Shown here: positions 28,501 to 37,502 of the stretch, one piece after another | How positions within the stretch are numbered: the first letter of the stretch is position 1 | Layout: each line of letters opens with the position of its first letter | Assembly (NCBI GenBank): GCA_937862885.1 | Contig: CALMEE010000121.1 | Location: forward strand, 66,373 to 130,372 | From: an uncultured Planctomycetaceae bacterium | GTDB lineage: Bacteria; Planctomycetota; Planctomycetia; Pirellulales; Pirellulaceae | Direction: 5' to 3' | DNA length: 64,000 nt | The notes under the pieces: model-generated | What the model was told of the DNA's origin: nothing | Database searches by the model: none | The model's input: the letters and a program-made list of their open reading frames with translations, nothing else | Translations under genes and position numbers: made by a program

Positions 28501-30869
28501 TCTGTTAAGGCCGTGGCGCGGCGATTGCGGGCTTCAATCAATTGCAGCTTCCGCGTGTCGAATGCCGAATAGACCTCTTCACGTTTCTCGGCCAACTGAA
28601 CCAAGAACTCATCAAACTCGACAAAGCGGCCTTCAAGCTCTTCGATCTCGACCAAAATGCGGGTCAGATACTCGTCGCAGCGTTGTGGTGAATCGCAATG
28701 ATCGAGGTAATTGACCACAGCTTGTGCGAGCAACTTGAGTTGTGAGTTGAACTCGGCCGCACCTTCGACCGATAGCAGGCTCTGCGAACGATTACGCAGA
28801 GTGGCACGGGTGCGATTGACGTTGGCAAAGAGGCTGGAAATATTGTCGATAATTTCCGTGCGCTGCGTAGCGTCATCGATGTGCAAGTTGTTAACAACAT
28901 CAATCAACATTTCCAAGTCGCTGGCCACTTCACGGATCTGCTCATCCAAATTTCGGCACTCAGCAACCGTCTTCATCTGTTCGATGGATGCGTATTGATG
29001 ATCGACGCGGTCAATAAACCGTTGCAGCGAATCTTCGCGTAGTAGGAATTTCAAACAATCGTGCGAGAGATCTGCTGTTCGATCGGCAATCGCAGTTTCC
29101 AGCTCTTCCACAGCCACCAAATCAACGAACCTCAATTCCTTTAAAGAAATGGCTCGTCCACGGAGGGCTCTTAATGCGGCCAGATGTTCTACAAAATGGT
29201 CAATATCGCTGAGCAATTCTCGCCGACTGGCGTCGATCGCTGCCTGTGCCGCTTCAGCGACGGCCTGCAATTGTTGTTTGGTGTTTGCGCGGATGCGCAC
29301 CACTTTGTCGAATTCGTTGATTGCCGCTGTCGCAGATTGCCGGATAGCTTCTACCGCGCTTTTTAAATCGAAAGCCTGCGGCTCAGCCAACCAAAAGTAT
29401 CCATCAGCAATGTCACTAGCCAATTTGGCGATGTCGACATAGAGATTGGCATAACTGTCGTCACGAGTCGTCAATTGAATAAGTTCAGTACACTCCGCCA
29501 GTGCACGCACGACTTCTCGATTGCCGATTTTGTAAATGTAGGCATCGGTTTTTTGCGTCTGGGGAACGTTGGATCCAACGAATGGCGTTTGCCAAATCTG
29601 CAGAGCGTGGTGTTTCTGCGGTGACGGGTCCGAGCGAAATAAGATTCTGCGACCATCTTCAAACATCGAAAAGCCATCGCACACTAAAGGCGTCAAGACG
29701 GACTGCTCAATCATGTTGTAGGACAGCAGGACGTAATGGCAGGTTTCGGGGTGAAAAAAAACATACAAGAAGTCTTCGGCATTGTGAGCGGCGACTCGCT
29801 TTTCGAATACCAGGTTCGAAAGATTGTTGTCAAAACGTTTTAGCTCGCCTGATTGCAAGATATAGCCGCTGGAGAAAATCAGACCGTGATCTTCCGGCAA
29901 AGATACACAGGCCTCTGCAATATCATCCAGCCTCGATACGGTGCGGGTCTTCTCGGCATACACCAGATACCGATACTCCTGTTCCCGATAAGGGCGGATT
30001 TTTAGCAGGATCAAGTTTCCAAAAACAGCATAAAACGTTTCGGCATCATCTAACGTTTGGTCTGGATCATCCACCGGCTCGCGATAGATTCCTTGACCAT
30101 CTTCAGTATTGTCTTCCACCTTGATCGTTAGATCGCCACCAATTGTTTCGACAAACACGCGATCTTCAATCGAAATGTGAGGGAAGCGACCGGATCGGTG
30201 CTGATCACGATGCGCGCGGATCCAAACGAAATCGTGTTGCGGAGGAAACTTGACTTCGTGATCACTGCGGTTATCAATGTAGGTTAACTTATCGGCGTCA
30301 ATCTGAAACTTGAACGCCTTTAAATCCCGAAATGCTCCGCCAACTTGGAAGACCAGATACAAGAACGGTGGAGCAAGTTGGAACTTAGAGAACCGCGTGT
30401 TACGGTAGTATTTGTACAGCTGTTGAAAATCGTGATTGAATCTGGCATCCCCGAGCAAGTCCAAACCAAGTTCGGAAAAGTGGCCAGCGCGTTCCTCGTA
30501 AGCTGCAAACACATCGGCCAGCCGAACTTCCGCACGCAGACCCATGAAAACGTTATAGCCGAAAAGAAACTGTTTACCGATGGCGACAATATCTTGCGCG
30601 ACGCAATTGTGTTCAGTAGTGATTCTTTCGGTCGACAAAAGTCTTGTCGGGATCGAACCGAATACTTCTCTTCTGAGTTGGTTTAACTGGTCCATCCGCT
30701 GCTGCAACTCTGCAGCTTGGTTAGCCAGGCGATCACGCAGCAACTGGTACGTGCTGCGGTCGAGTTGGGAGCGATCCACGTCGGAAGTCAAATCTGTTTC
30801 CGCTCGGTCGCGTGACGATTTGTCAAGCGATGACCGTTGCGAATCGTCGTGGGATTTGACGTCGGACAT
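25512..30869 (-). CDS. Giant (1785 aa) uncharacterised protein with a single classical-AAA-type ATPase module near its C-terminus; flotillin-associated
   Basis: Continuous 5.36-kb ORF. Walker A VSPPGYGKTTLMEYVANRLGITFVKINGP (about 26950-26990), Walker B NVMIYLDDIQH about 55 aa later, a sensor-1-like VCVVMAGNPYTE and an Arg-containing SRH-like IPDMLANRADTYNL. The N-terminal ~1250 aa mix beta-rich and long helical segments, and there is no TM helix. It is co-directional and 111 bp downstream of the flotillin gene. Confidence 0.8.
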   Translation of the reverse strand: MSDVKSHDDSQRSSLDKSSRDRAETDLTSDVDRSQLDRSTYQLLRDRLANQAAELQQRMDQLNQLRREVFGSIPTRLLSTERITTEHNCVAQDIVAIGKQFLFGYNVFMGLRAEVRLADVFAAYEERAGHFSELGLDLLGDARFNHDFQQLYKYYRNTRFSKFQLAPPFLYLVFQVGGAFRDLKAFKFQIDADKLTYIDNRSDHEVKFPPQHDFVWIRAHRDQHRSGRFPHISIEDRVFVETIGGDLTIKVEDNTEDGQGIYREPVDDPDQTLDDAETFYAVFGNLILLKIRPYREQEYRYLVYAEKTRTVSRLDDIAEACVSLPEDHGLIFSSGYILQSGELKRFDNNLSNLVFEKRVAAHNAEDFLYVFFHPETCHYVLLSYNMIEQSVLTPLVCDGFSMFEDGRRILFRSDPSPQKHHALQIWQTPFVGSNVPQTQKTDAYIYKIGNREVVRALAECTELIQLTTRDDSYANLYVDIAKLASDIADGYFWLAEPQAFDLKSAVEAIRQSATAAINEFDKVVRIRANTKQQLQAVAEAAQAAIDASRRELLSDIDHFVEHLAALRALRGRAISLKELRFVDLVAVEELETAIADRTADLSHDCLKFLLREDSLQRFIDRVDHQYASIEQMKTVAECRNLDEQIREVASDLEMLIDVVNNLHIDDATQRTEIIDNISSLFANVNRTRATLRNRSQSLLSVEGAAEFNSQLKLLAQAVVNYLDHCDSPQRCDEYLTRILVEIEELEGRFVEFDEFLVQLAEKREEVYSAFDTRKLQLIEARNRRATALTESADRILKGVASRVNALKSIDEIHGYFASDLMVEKVRDIVEQLLELEETVKADELQSRQKTIREEAIRQLKDRQELYVDGQNIIQFGDHRFTVNTQPLDLTIVMRDRAPFFHLSGTNFLEPIRDEEFLRTSAVWDQVIVSENREVYRGEYLAYKMLQAMRAAQFHLDAQQWLALTPQEQILEVQQFMAPRYTEGYVKGVHDSDARLILNTMLELERELGLLRFSPQARVLGILFWNQLEKSAKKSLEIKLQSLGRARGIFGDQVDQRQICRELEEQLKLFCDQASRFARGLCAEAASALVEQLSLLQRFVISRRAQDLKQAFTNYLRQHETKAAFASDMKSSALNALDRFDLAISWLQGFSAQARDDSAADESHCVDEVAALIIDQTASDPQVFDAQEQMTLHGLLGEHPRLTSTGYELNCHQVMQRLHKFETVTVPDFVRYMELKQQLVEHRREELKLDDFKPKVLTSFVRNQLINQVYLPLIGANLAKQLGVAGEEKRTDLMGLLLLVSPPGYGKTTLMEYVANRLGITFVKINGPSVGHHVTSLDPAEAPHASARQEIEKLNLALEMGDNVMIYLDDIQHCHPELLQKFISLCDATRRIEGVFQGRPKTYDLRGRKVCVVMAGNPYTERGEKFQIPDMLANRADTYNLGDVIGNNLRWFELSYLENSLTSNPALSTLQARSSRDTYALIEMATNRSAAQGSLEGEYSLEQINEIVNVLQKLLRVREVILRVNREYIDSAAQADAYRTEPPFRMQGSYRDMNKIAERVVPMMNDAELMTLITSHYENQAQTLTTDAESNLLKFREMTEQLSDEQRERLAEIRRRFQRNLVLGTSSGDDRVSQIISQINLVSEGLHEISRTVQRGTKMLSQPTEEVPSTIDTAMLGELSRGVAELAKFNQGLQALRDLYEHQAQAIAALPQQVAQQKIEITNKIPNSILNVLRNQFRVLQTWMEPILSLAEKTSDAQGLAEAAKLTQKNYDRLINRLENDDPPES

Positions 30870-30980
30870 GTTGATACAAAAATGGAATTGAGAAGGTTAT
30901 TCGAACGATCGCATGGTTTGGCGATCCATGCAAAACGCATTCGGGCAAATCGAAACCATATCACCCACACGTTTCGGGTG

Positions 30981-33020
30981 TTACGTAGACGAGTTTTTCC
31001 CTGACAGGTCGAGAGCACTTACCTTGGCCTTGTACATACCACTTCGTGTTGCGGCGCGAATCAGATTTTCCAATTGGCCGATCATCGATTGGTCTTCGGT
31101 AAGACCCATCATCTGGCCAATCAAGGCCGCAACTGACAAATTCTTAACGTCATTGGAAGTAATGCCGAACATGTCAATATAGCGGGCTAGTTCTGACTTG
31201 AAGTGCTCGGAATCCCCACTGAAAAAAGTTTCCTTGATATCAGACAAGACGCTGCTTCCCTCGACCAACCGATCGACTTGTTTCCCGGCGGTTACGCTGC
31301 CGACGATGCTTTCGAAGAACTTGGTGTCACCGCCGACAATATCGATTTTGGCGGCCTTCAATGCATCACCCACCATCGACGCTTGTGCCTTGGCAATTTG
31401 CTCTTGGGTGGCGATCGCTTGCAGTTCGATTTCTTTATCTTTGTTCAAACGGAGCTTGAATTCTTCGTGTTCGCGTCCAACGCCGTCGAACAACTTCATG
31501 GCCTCCGCTTTTTGTGTAATTCCCTTAGCGTCAGCGGAGAACTTCAGTTCCAGGACTTCGGCTTCGGCCTTGCCTTCTTTACGCAGAGCGTCAGCCTTGG
31601 CAAGCGTAATATCGGCTTCCGCCAGACCTGGTGCGGCTTGTTCGGCGCGGACGGCCTCGGCCAACATTTTCTTGGCTTCAGTCTCTTTTTCAGCAGCCGT
31701 TTTTTCTGCATCCGCTTTGATGACGATCGTCTTCGCTTGCAACTCGGCGGATTCTTTTTCCGCCTCCGCTGCTTTGACGGCAGTGACAAACTCTTGTTGA
31801 GCAATTTCTTCGGCGGCTGTAATCGCTACCTTCTTTTTTCGTTCTGCAGCAGCGAATTGTTCCGTATCCTTAATCCGCTCTTTCTCTTGCACGACTTCGC
31901 GTTCCACCATCACGCGTTGGCGAATCACCTCTTGAATATTCTTGTTCTCAACTTCGACGGCTTTCTCTTTGTCGATTTGAGCCAATGTAACTACTCGCTC
32001 GCGTTCAGTCATTTCCAAACCGCGATCGCGTTCGACTCGTTCCGTCTCGACTGCATCCGTGCGTTGTTTATTCTTTTCGGCGACGATGATGGCGCGCAAT
32101 CGGTTTTCGTCCGCAATCGCAATCTCTTCATCGGCCGTGATCCGCGCCAGTTCCTGCCTTCGCCGTTCCTCTTGTGCTACGATTTCCGCTTCCGCCCGTT
32201 GGCGAGACGTGATCTCAGATATTTCACGAGCTTGTTTTTCTTCGGCCTCGGCTTGTTGTCGCTCCAAAACCAAAATCGCTTCGCGGGCTTCAACATCTTG
32301 TTTTTTAATCGTCTTATCTTTTTCGTTGCGAATCAAATTAGCTTGAACTTGCTCACGGGCGGTCAAGTCGGTGATCTTTTTGATGCCTTCTGCGTCGAGC
32401 ACGTTATTCACATTCAGGCTCTCGATTGGCGTCTGCTCCAAGAAATCAATCGCCGCATCGTCCAACAAGTAGCCATTCAAGTCCGTGCCGATCACCTTCT
32501 TGATCTCTTCGCGGAACTTTTCGCGCGAACTGTATAACTCGATAAAATCGAACTGCTTGCCAACCGACTTGAGCGCCTCAGAAAACTTGGGCTCGAAGAG
32601 CGCGACCAGCGCGGATTGGTCCGATGCACGCTTGCAGCCGAGGAATTGCGCGACCTGTTTCACGTCGTCGGCTGTCTTGTTCACGCGCACGAAGAAAGCA
32701 ACTTTGATGTCGGCGCGAATGTTGTCCTTACAGATCAAACCGTCGGAACCATGCCGGTCAATTTCGATGCGCTTGACCGAAATATCCATCCATTCTGCTT
32801 TGTGCAGTATCGGAATTACAAACATGCCAGAAAAACTGACTGCGGTGCCTCCCATGCCGTTACGCACGATCGCCGTGCCTTGGCTGACCTTCTGCCAACA
32901 GCGGATCAACAGCGCGATCAATCCGATAATCACGATCAAGCTGGCGGTTCCCACAAACGCCGGCATCAAGAATTCGAATTGCGCCAGAACAAGGCTACTG
33001 ATCAGATTAACTTCGAGCAT
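30981..33020 (-). CDS. Flotillin-like SPFH/band-7 protein (YqiK/FloT family) with a long coiled-coil region
   Basis: N-terminal TM LVLAQFEFLMPAFVGTASLIVIIGLIALLI. The SPFH core QKVSQGTAIVRNGMGGTAVSFSGMFVIPILHKAEWMDISVKRIEIDRHG...IRADIKVAFFVRV. A very long E/A/K/R-rich coiled coil follows. The start overlaps the upstream NfeD stop by 1 nt (TAATG). Confidence 0.85.
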   Translation of the reverse strand: MLEVNLISSLVLAQFEFLMPAFVGTASLIVIIGLIALLIRCWQKVSQGTAIVRNGMGGTAVSFSGMFVIPILHKAEWMDISVKRIEIDRHGSDGLICKDNIRADIKVAFFVRVNKTADDVKQVAQFLGCKRASDQSALVALFEPKFSEALKSVGKQFDFIELYSSREKFREEIKKVIGTDLNGYLLDDAAIDFLEQTPIESLNVNNVLDAEGIKKITDLTAREQVQANLIRNEKDKTIKKQDVEAREAILVLERQQAEAEEKQAREISEITSRQRAEAEIVAQEERRRQELARITADEEIAIADENRLRAIIVAEKNKQRTDAVETERVERDRGLEMTERERVVTLAQIDKEKAVEVENKNIQEVIRQRVMVEREVVQEKERIKDTEQFAAAERKKKVAITAAEEIAQQEFVTAVKAAEAEKESAELQAKTIVIKADAEKTAAEKETEAKKMLAEAVRAEQAAPGLAEADITLAKADALRKEGKAEAEVLELKFSADAKGITQKAEAMKLFDGVGREHEEFKLRLNKDKEIELQAIATQEQIAKAQASMVGDALKAAKIDIVGGDTKFFESIVGSVTAGKQVDRLVEGSSVLSDIKETFFSGDSEHFKSELARYIDMFGITSNDVKNLSVAALIGQMMGLTEDQSMIGQLENLIRAATRSGMYKAKVSALDLSGKNSST

Positions 33021-33649
33021 TAATTCTTCTCCGGTTTTCTTAACTCAACGAGATAATAATCTCCAACTTTGTCGTAGCCGACGATGGCAACAACTTCTCC
33101 CTGCTTCAACCGCTGGCCAGTAGCACTGCGCGCGTTGAGGATCAGCGGAGGTCCATCATTTTCAATTCTGATTTCTCCGAATTGATCGTTCAACTCAAGG
33201 GTGTTCACCGAGGCTTGCCGACCAATCAAGGTCCACCGCGTTTCCAGGCTCGCTTCGTCTTTACGAAAAAGCGGACGCAAGGGCATCAACAGCAAACGCG
33301 TCAGGAGCAAGCTCCCCACAATAGCTGGTACCGTGATCAACATCATCACCCACCAGGCATACTCTGGATTCAAATAGTGATTCGCACAAACGGTCGTGAA
33401 CCAGAACAATAGTGCGAACAACGACACCATGAGTGCGATCGGAATTTCCCCAACTTGCAGAAACGCCTTGAACGCCCCAAGCAATGCTGTCTTGGATTCG
33501 GCCACCCCATCGATGCCCGAATCAAAGTCCAACACGTCGACTCCAAGCACACCCAAAATCACCAGCAGCCAGTACATCAGTACCGCACCCAATAGGAATG
33601 TGGCGGGCAAATTGACAGGCATGAAGATTTCATTCAAAAACTCGATCAC
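33020..33649 (-). CDS. NfeD-like membrane protein (YqiJ-like), the partner of flotillin
   Basis: Three or four TM helices followed by a short C-terminal OB-fold-like soluble domain (GQVVAIVGYDKVGDYYLVEL). This is the typical NfeD plus SPFH gene pairing. Confidence 0.75.
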   Translation of the reverse strand: MIEFLNEIFMPVNLPATFLLGAVLMYWLLVILGVLGVDVLDFDSGIDGVAESKTALLGAFKAFLQVGEIPIALMVSLFALLFWFTTVCANHYLNPEYAWWVMMLITVPAIVGSLLLTRLLLMPLRPLFRKDEASLETRWTLIGRQASVNTLELNDQFGEIRIENDGPPLILNARSATGQRLKQGEVVAIVGYDKVGDYYLVELRKPEKN

Positions 33650-35004
33650 GGCCTGGCCCTACCTTTGCTCCAAACGTTTCGTGTTGACCTTTGCCCCCAT
33701 CCAAAATTGTTCTGCATCGTCTTTAGAGATCCCAAGCTTCATTATAATTACCATCCCAATAACCTGGTGTTACGAAAGCAAATTTGATGGAGATACCTCG
33801 GTTTCATTACAATTAAACGGAGTCTGCTCAATTCATATTCCGCTGACTACCCCCGCCCTGATTCAATTGTAGGGTTTGACCGAAATAGGACCTGTCAAAC
33901 AGCACCTAGCCACCAACCCCAACTGTTTACATTCCTTGCTCAAAATTGATTTAAGTGAATTCAGTACAACCAACAGAAAAATCTTTTGAATTTGGGTGCA
34001 TTAGATTCGCCGACAGTCACCCTTTCTTGGAACGATTTTGAAAAAATGAACCGCACAATTTCGGGAAATGGCCAGAACTGGCTCAAACCACTTGCGGTTG
34101 GGCGAAAAGCAAGAGTCATTCGTCTCTCACAACTTCCCGGCACCGCAACTCCTCAATTGAGTTAGCCACGGACTAAAGAAATTGGCAGCGGTGAATGTGG
34201 ATTCGTCGATGCGATTCTAACGAACGAGTTCCATGTTCAACGAAACCAAAGCTCGCTCCGATCGTCCACTAATTAAACATGGATTAGCACGGTCAATCGA
34301 CTGATACGTGGGCGATATAACGACGCGATGGTATTTCCAGCGAAGGTCTGATCACTCATTCACCAACGTGATCATACTCGTGCTAATGTTCCGTCTCGTA
34401 CACTTACGCCTGATGAACAAACGGATTTGCCGCAGACGATTTCACCTGAGTCTAATCGGGCGTTTTACTTCCGTAACCGAAGGCTCGATCCAGAAAGCGA
34501 TCAAAGACCCAAAACTGAAACATGGTCAGGATGACCGGCAGAACAAACTGGAATGCTTGGAAAAATCGGAATTGTACTTGTATGTCAGGAATCCGACCGA
34601 AAATCCAGTTGCGATTGACATGCAAAAAAATGCCGACCAAATAAAAATTCACGATCAACAGCAGGCACGTCATGCAGCATACGAGCATGATATAGGTCAG
34701 CCCCGCGCTTTTGGATTCATGCTTTATTTTTCGTAATCTGACCATGCAATTAAACAATATACTGCAACAACTGGCGAACGTACATCCTTGGCATTAGACT
34801 GTCGGAACAATTGGTAGAGAATACGATTCGCAAAGTCGCATTGCCAACAGCGCAAGACCGAACAAGACGAGGTATCCGTCTATTGTGCAATGTGCTCGCA
34901 AAGTTTGCAATCGGCAGGCAGCGGTGGAAGTTACAAAGGGACACTTTTGATTCATCAAGTCTGATTCGGGGCTGGACACGAATTGATTTGGCAAGGAACA
35001 AACA

Positions 35005-35985
35005 ATGACAAACAAATTCTTGACAGATGATGATTTAGATCTGCAGCCGCTATTGCCTTTGCAAGTGGCTGTACTTGGCTACGGTGCACAGGGGCGATCA
35101 CACGCGTTGAATTTGCGCGACAGCGGCATTTCAGTGATTATCGGTCAACGCCCCGGCCAAGGTCAACGAAACGCCATTGCCGATGGCTTTGAGCCAGTCC
35201 CCATGGACGAGGCCGTGAAACAGGCCAGCCTTATTGCATTACTTGTACCTGACGAAGCGCATCGACAGGTTTTTAATGAATGGGTCAAACCCTCGCTAAA
35301 GAAGGGCCAGATCTTACTGACGTGTCATGGATTCAGTTTATGCTACAAGCAACTCGAATTACCGCCGGAGATACCTGCGGTGCTTGTTGCCCCGAAAGCA
35401 GCCGGTCACCGCGTGCGTTCGGCTTACACTGAAGGAAGCGGTGTTGCCTGCCTAGTTGCCGCTGGACCACAGGCCGATAAAAGCGCGATGCAGGTGGCTT
35501 TTGCTTACGCGAAAGCCCTCGGTTGTGGGCGTACGGGTGTTTTGATCACAACCGTGGCTGAGGAAACTGAAGCTGATCTGTTTGGCGAGCAGGCAGTCCT
35601 GTGCGGTGGTGTCAGCGCATTGGTGAAGGCCGGATTTGATACGTTAGTTGCCGCAGGATATCAAGAGGAAGTAGCGTATTTCGAGTGCGTGCATGAATTG
35701 AAATTGGTCGTCGATCTCTTGCATCGCGGAGGACTGGCTTTTATGCGCGACCACATCTCGAATACCGCTGAGTACGGCGATTATACTCGCGGACCTCGAC
35801 TGATCAATGCAGCGGTACTGCAAACCATGCGCGACATCCTCACTGAAATTCAAAGCGGCCAATTTGCGGCCGAATGGCTCGAAGAGAACCGCAGCGGATG
35901 CAAACGCTTTCACGAGACACGCGCGAGTGAACGGCAACTTGCAATCGAACAAGTCGGCCAACGGATCACGCAACTCGGACGATAA
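35005..35985 (+). CDS. ilvC: Ketol-acid reductoisomerase (class I)
   Basis: VAVLGYGAQGRSHALNLRDSGISVIIG (Rossmann NADPH site) and ...LFGEQAVLCGGVSALVKAGFDTLVAAGYQEEVAYFECVHELKLVVDLL are canonical KARI segments. An AAGGAA ribosome-binding site is present. Confidence 0.9.
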   Translation: MTNKFLTDDDLDLQPLLPLQVAVLGYGAQGRSHALNLRDSGISVIIGQRPGQGQRNAIADGFEPVPMDEAVKQASLIALLVPDEAHRQVFNEWVKPSLKKGQILLTCHGFSLCYKQLELPPEIPAVLVAPKAAGHRVRSAYTEGSGVACLVAAGPQADKSAMQVAFAYAKALGCGRTGVLITTVAEETEADLFGEQAVLCGGVSALVKAGFDTLVAAGYQEEVAYFECVHELKLVVDLLHRGGLAFMRDHISNTAEYGDYTRGPRLINAAVLQTMRDILTEIQSGQFAAEWLEENRSGCKRFHETRASERQLAIEQVGQRITQLGR

Positions 35986-36234
35986 ATCAGAGTCCAATTG
36001 ATCCAACAACTCTAGCTACTTAGCTGGCACGTGCGAAGCGAAAATCGTTCACCCGTCATGCTGCGCTTTCGATGTGAACGTTTTGCAACTGATGGCTGCG
36101 ACCAAAACATCCGTTGTGACAACTTTTTGTCTCTTGCTGAATCCAATTGATAGTTTCCAACGAAAATTTGAACGAGCTGCTCAGGTAAATTAACGTTCAA
36201 CTTTTTGTTTAGTGTTAGCAATAAGGAATTCGAC

Positions 36235-36789
36235 ATGAGAATGAGTTTTGTTTTTTCATTGGTAGCGATTTTTGGCTTCGCCGGTGGCATTCACGCACAA
36301 TGCCCGAACTCCTCCAGCCATACGGCGATGACATCGGTTACTGTTGCCAAGCAGGATTCTCGTAAGGTTGAAAAAGACATCGTTGAAACGGCAGTTGGCG
36401 CGGAAGGATTTTCGCTGTTGGTTGCCGCAGTAAAGGCTGGCGGTTTGGTTGAAGTCTTGCAAGGTGAAGGACCATTTACCGTTTTTGCTCCTACAGACGA
36501 AGCATTCAAGGCATTACCTGAAGGAACTTTGGAATCATTATTGAAGCCAGAGAACAAAGATCAGTTGGTTGCCATTTTGACCTATCACGTCGTGGCTGGT
36601 GATGTTCGAGCAGCAGATGTCGTGAAGTTGGAAGAAGCCAAGACTGTCCAAGGTCAGGTCGTAAAGATCAAAGTGAAAGAAGGCAAGGTTCACATTAACG
36701 ATGCGACAGTTATCAAGGCAGATATCGCTTGCAAAAACGGCGTGATTCACGTGATTGATAAGGTGATTTTGCCCCCTACTGACAAGTAG
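36235..36789 (+). CDS. Fasciclin (FAS1) domain secreted protein
   Basis: The track start is TTG 36205. The ATG at 36235 gives signal peptide [25 protein letters not shown]1 motifs [13 protein letters not shown] and ILTYHVVAG...[14 protein letters not shown]. Confidence 0.8.
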   Translation: MRMSFVFSLVAIFGFAGGIHAQCPNSSSHTAMTSVTVAKQDSRKVEKDIVETAVGAEGFSLLVAAVKAGGLVEVLQGEGPFTVFAPTDEAFKALPEGTLESLLKPENKDQLVAILTYHVVAGDVRAADVVKLEEAKTVQGQVVKIKVKEGKVHINDATVIKADIACKNGVIHVIDKVILPPTDK

Positions 36790-36929
36790 AGAAAAGTAGA
36801 GTAGTGGCCTTCGCATCTCAAACTTGGTAAGTTAGACGCGTCATGTTAATTACCCTCGATCGTGAGACATCGATCAGAAGTGCAAAATTAACAGCAGCGG
36901 CACCAAGTGGTTACGAAACGTTTTCAAAT

Positions 36930-37502
36930 ATGGGTAAAACCGATCAAGATGATTTACTAGTCCAGATCGCCCAGGGAAATAAAGCCGCCGTTAGCGAGTT
37001 CATTGATCGCTACGGCGGTTTGCTCTGGTCGTTGGCAATGCGATTCACGCAGTCAACGGCTGACGCCGAAGACGCTGTGCAAGAGGTGTTTTTGGAACTT
37101 TGGCGGAAGGCAGAGCGCTTTGATCCGTCTATCGCATCTGAAAAAACTTTTGTGAGCATGGTCGCGAGAAGGAGATTGATCGATCGTGCCCGTGGCAAAA
37201 CATTGCCGACGACTTTCGAGCCCAATCTGGATCTATATGCTGAGAGCGCGGCCACGCCAGCCGACAATTTAGAAACGAAGGAAGAGGCGGCTTTGGCACT
37301 TCGCCTGTTGAACGAGTTGCCTAGCGAACAGACGCGGATGATTAAGTTGGCTATTTACGATGGCCTAAGTCACTCGCAAATTTCCGAGGTCACTGGGACT
37401 GCTATCGGAACAGTTAAAACAAATATACGACGAGGCTTGAACAAGATAAGACAACGTATTGGGATCCCCTCCGCCGTCGATTTGAAAGGAGGGATCGCAT
37501 GA
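36930..37502 (+). CDS. ECF RNA polymerase sigma-70 factor
   Basis: From ATG 36930 the product is 190 aa, with region 2 DAEDAVQEVFLELWRKAERFD and region 4 LSHSQISEVTGTAIGTVKTNIRRGL. The track's longer start at 36843 is also possible. Confidence 0.8.
   Translation: MGKTDQDDLLVQIAQGNKAAVSEFIDRYGGLLWSLAMRFTQSTADAEDAVQEVFLELWRKAERFDPSIASEKTFVSMVARRRLIDRARGKTLPTTFEPNLDLYAESAATPADNLETKEEAALALRLLNELPSEQTRMIKLAIYDGLSHSQISEVTGTAIGTVKTNIRRGLNKIRQRIGIPSAVDLKGGIA

Noticed and set aside
29501-30124. Plus-strand 207-aa ORF, and ORFs at 27903-28340 and 28711-28998
   Set aside because: They are embedded antisense within the continuous 5.36-kb giant ATPase ORF and have no motifs.
31203-32537. Plus-strand 444-aa ORF and other long antisense ORFs inside the flotillin gene
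   Set aside because: The translation is low-complexity (Phe/Leu/Arg repeats) and mirrors the coiled-coil-encoding minus strand, where the real gene is.
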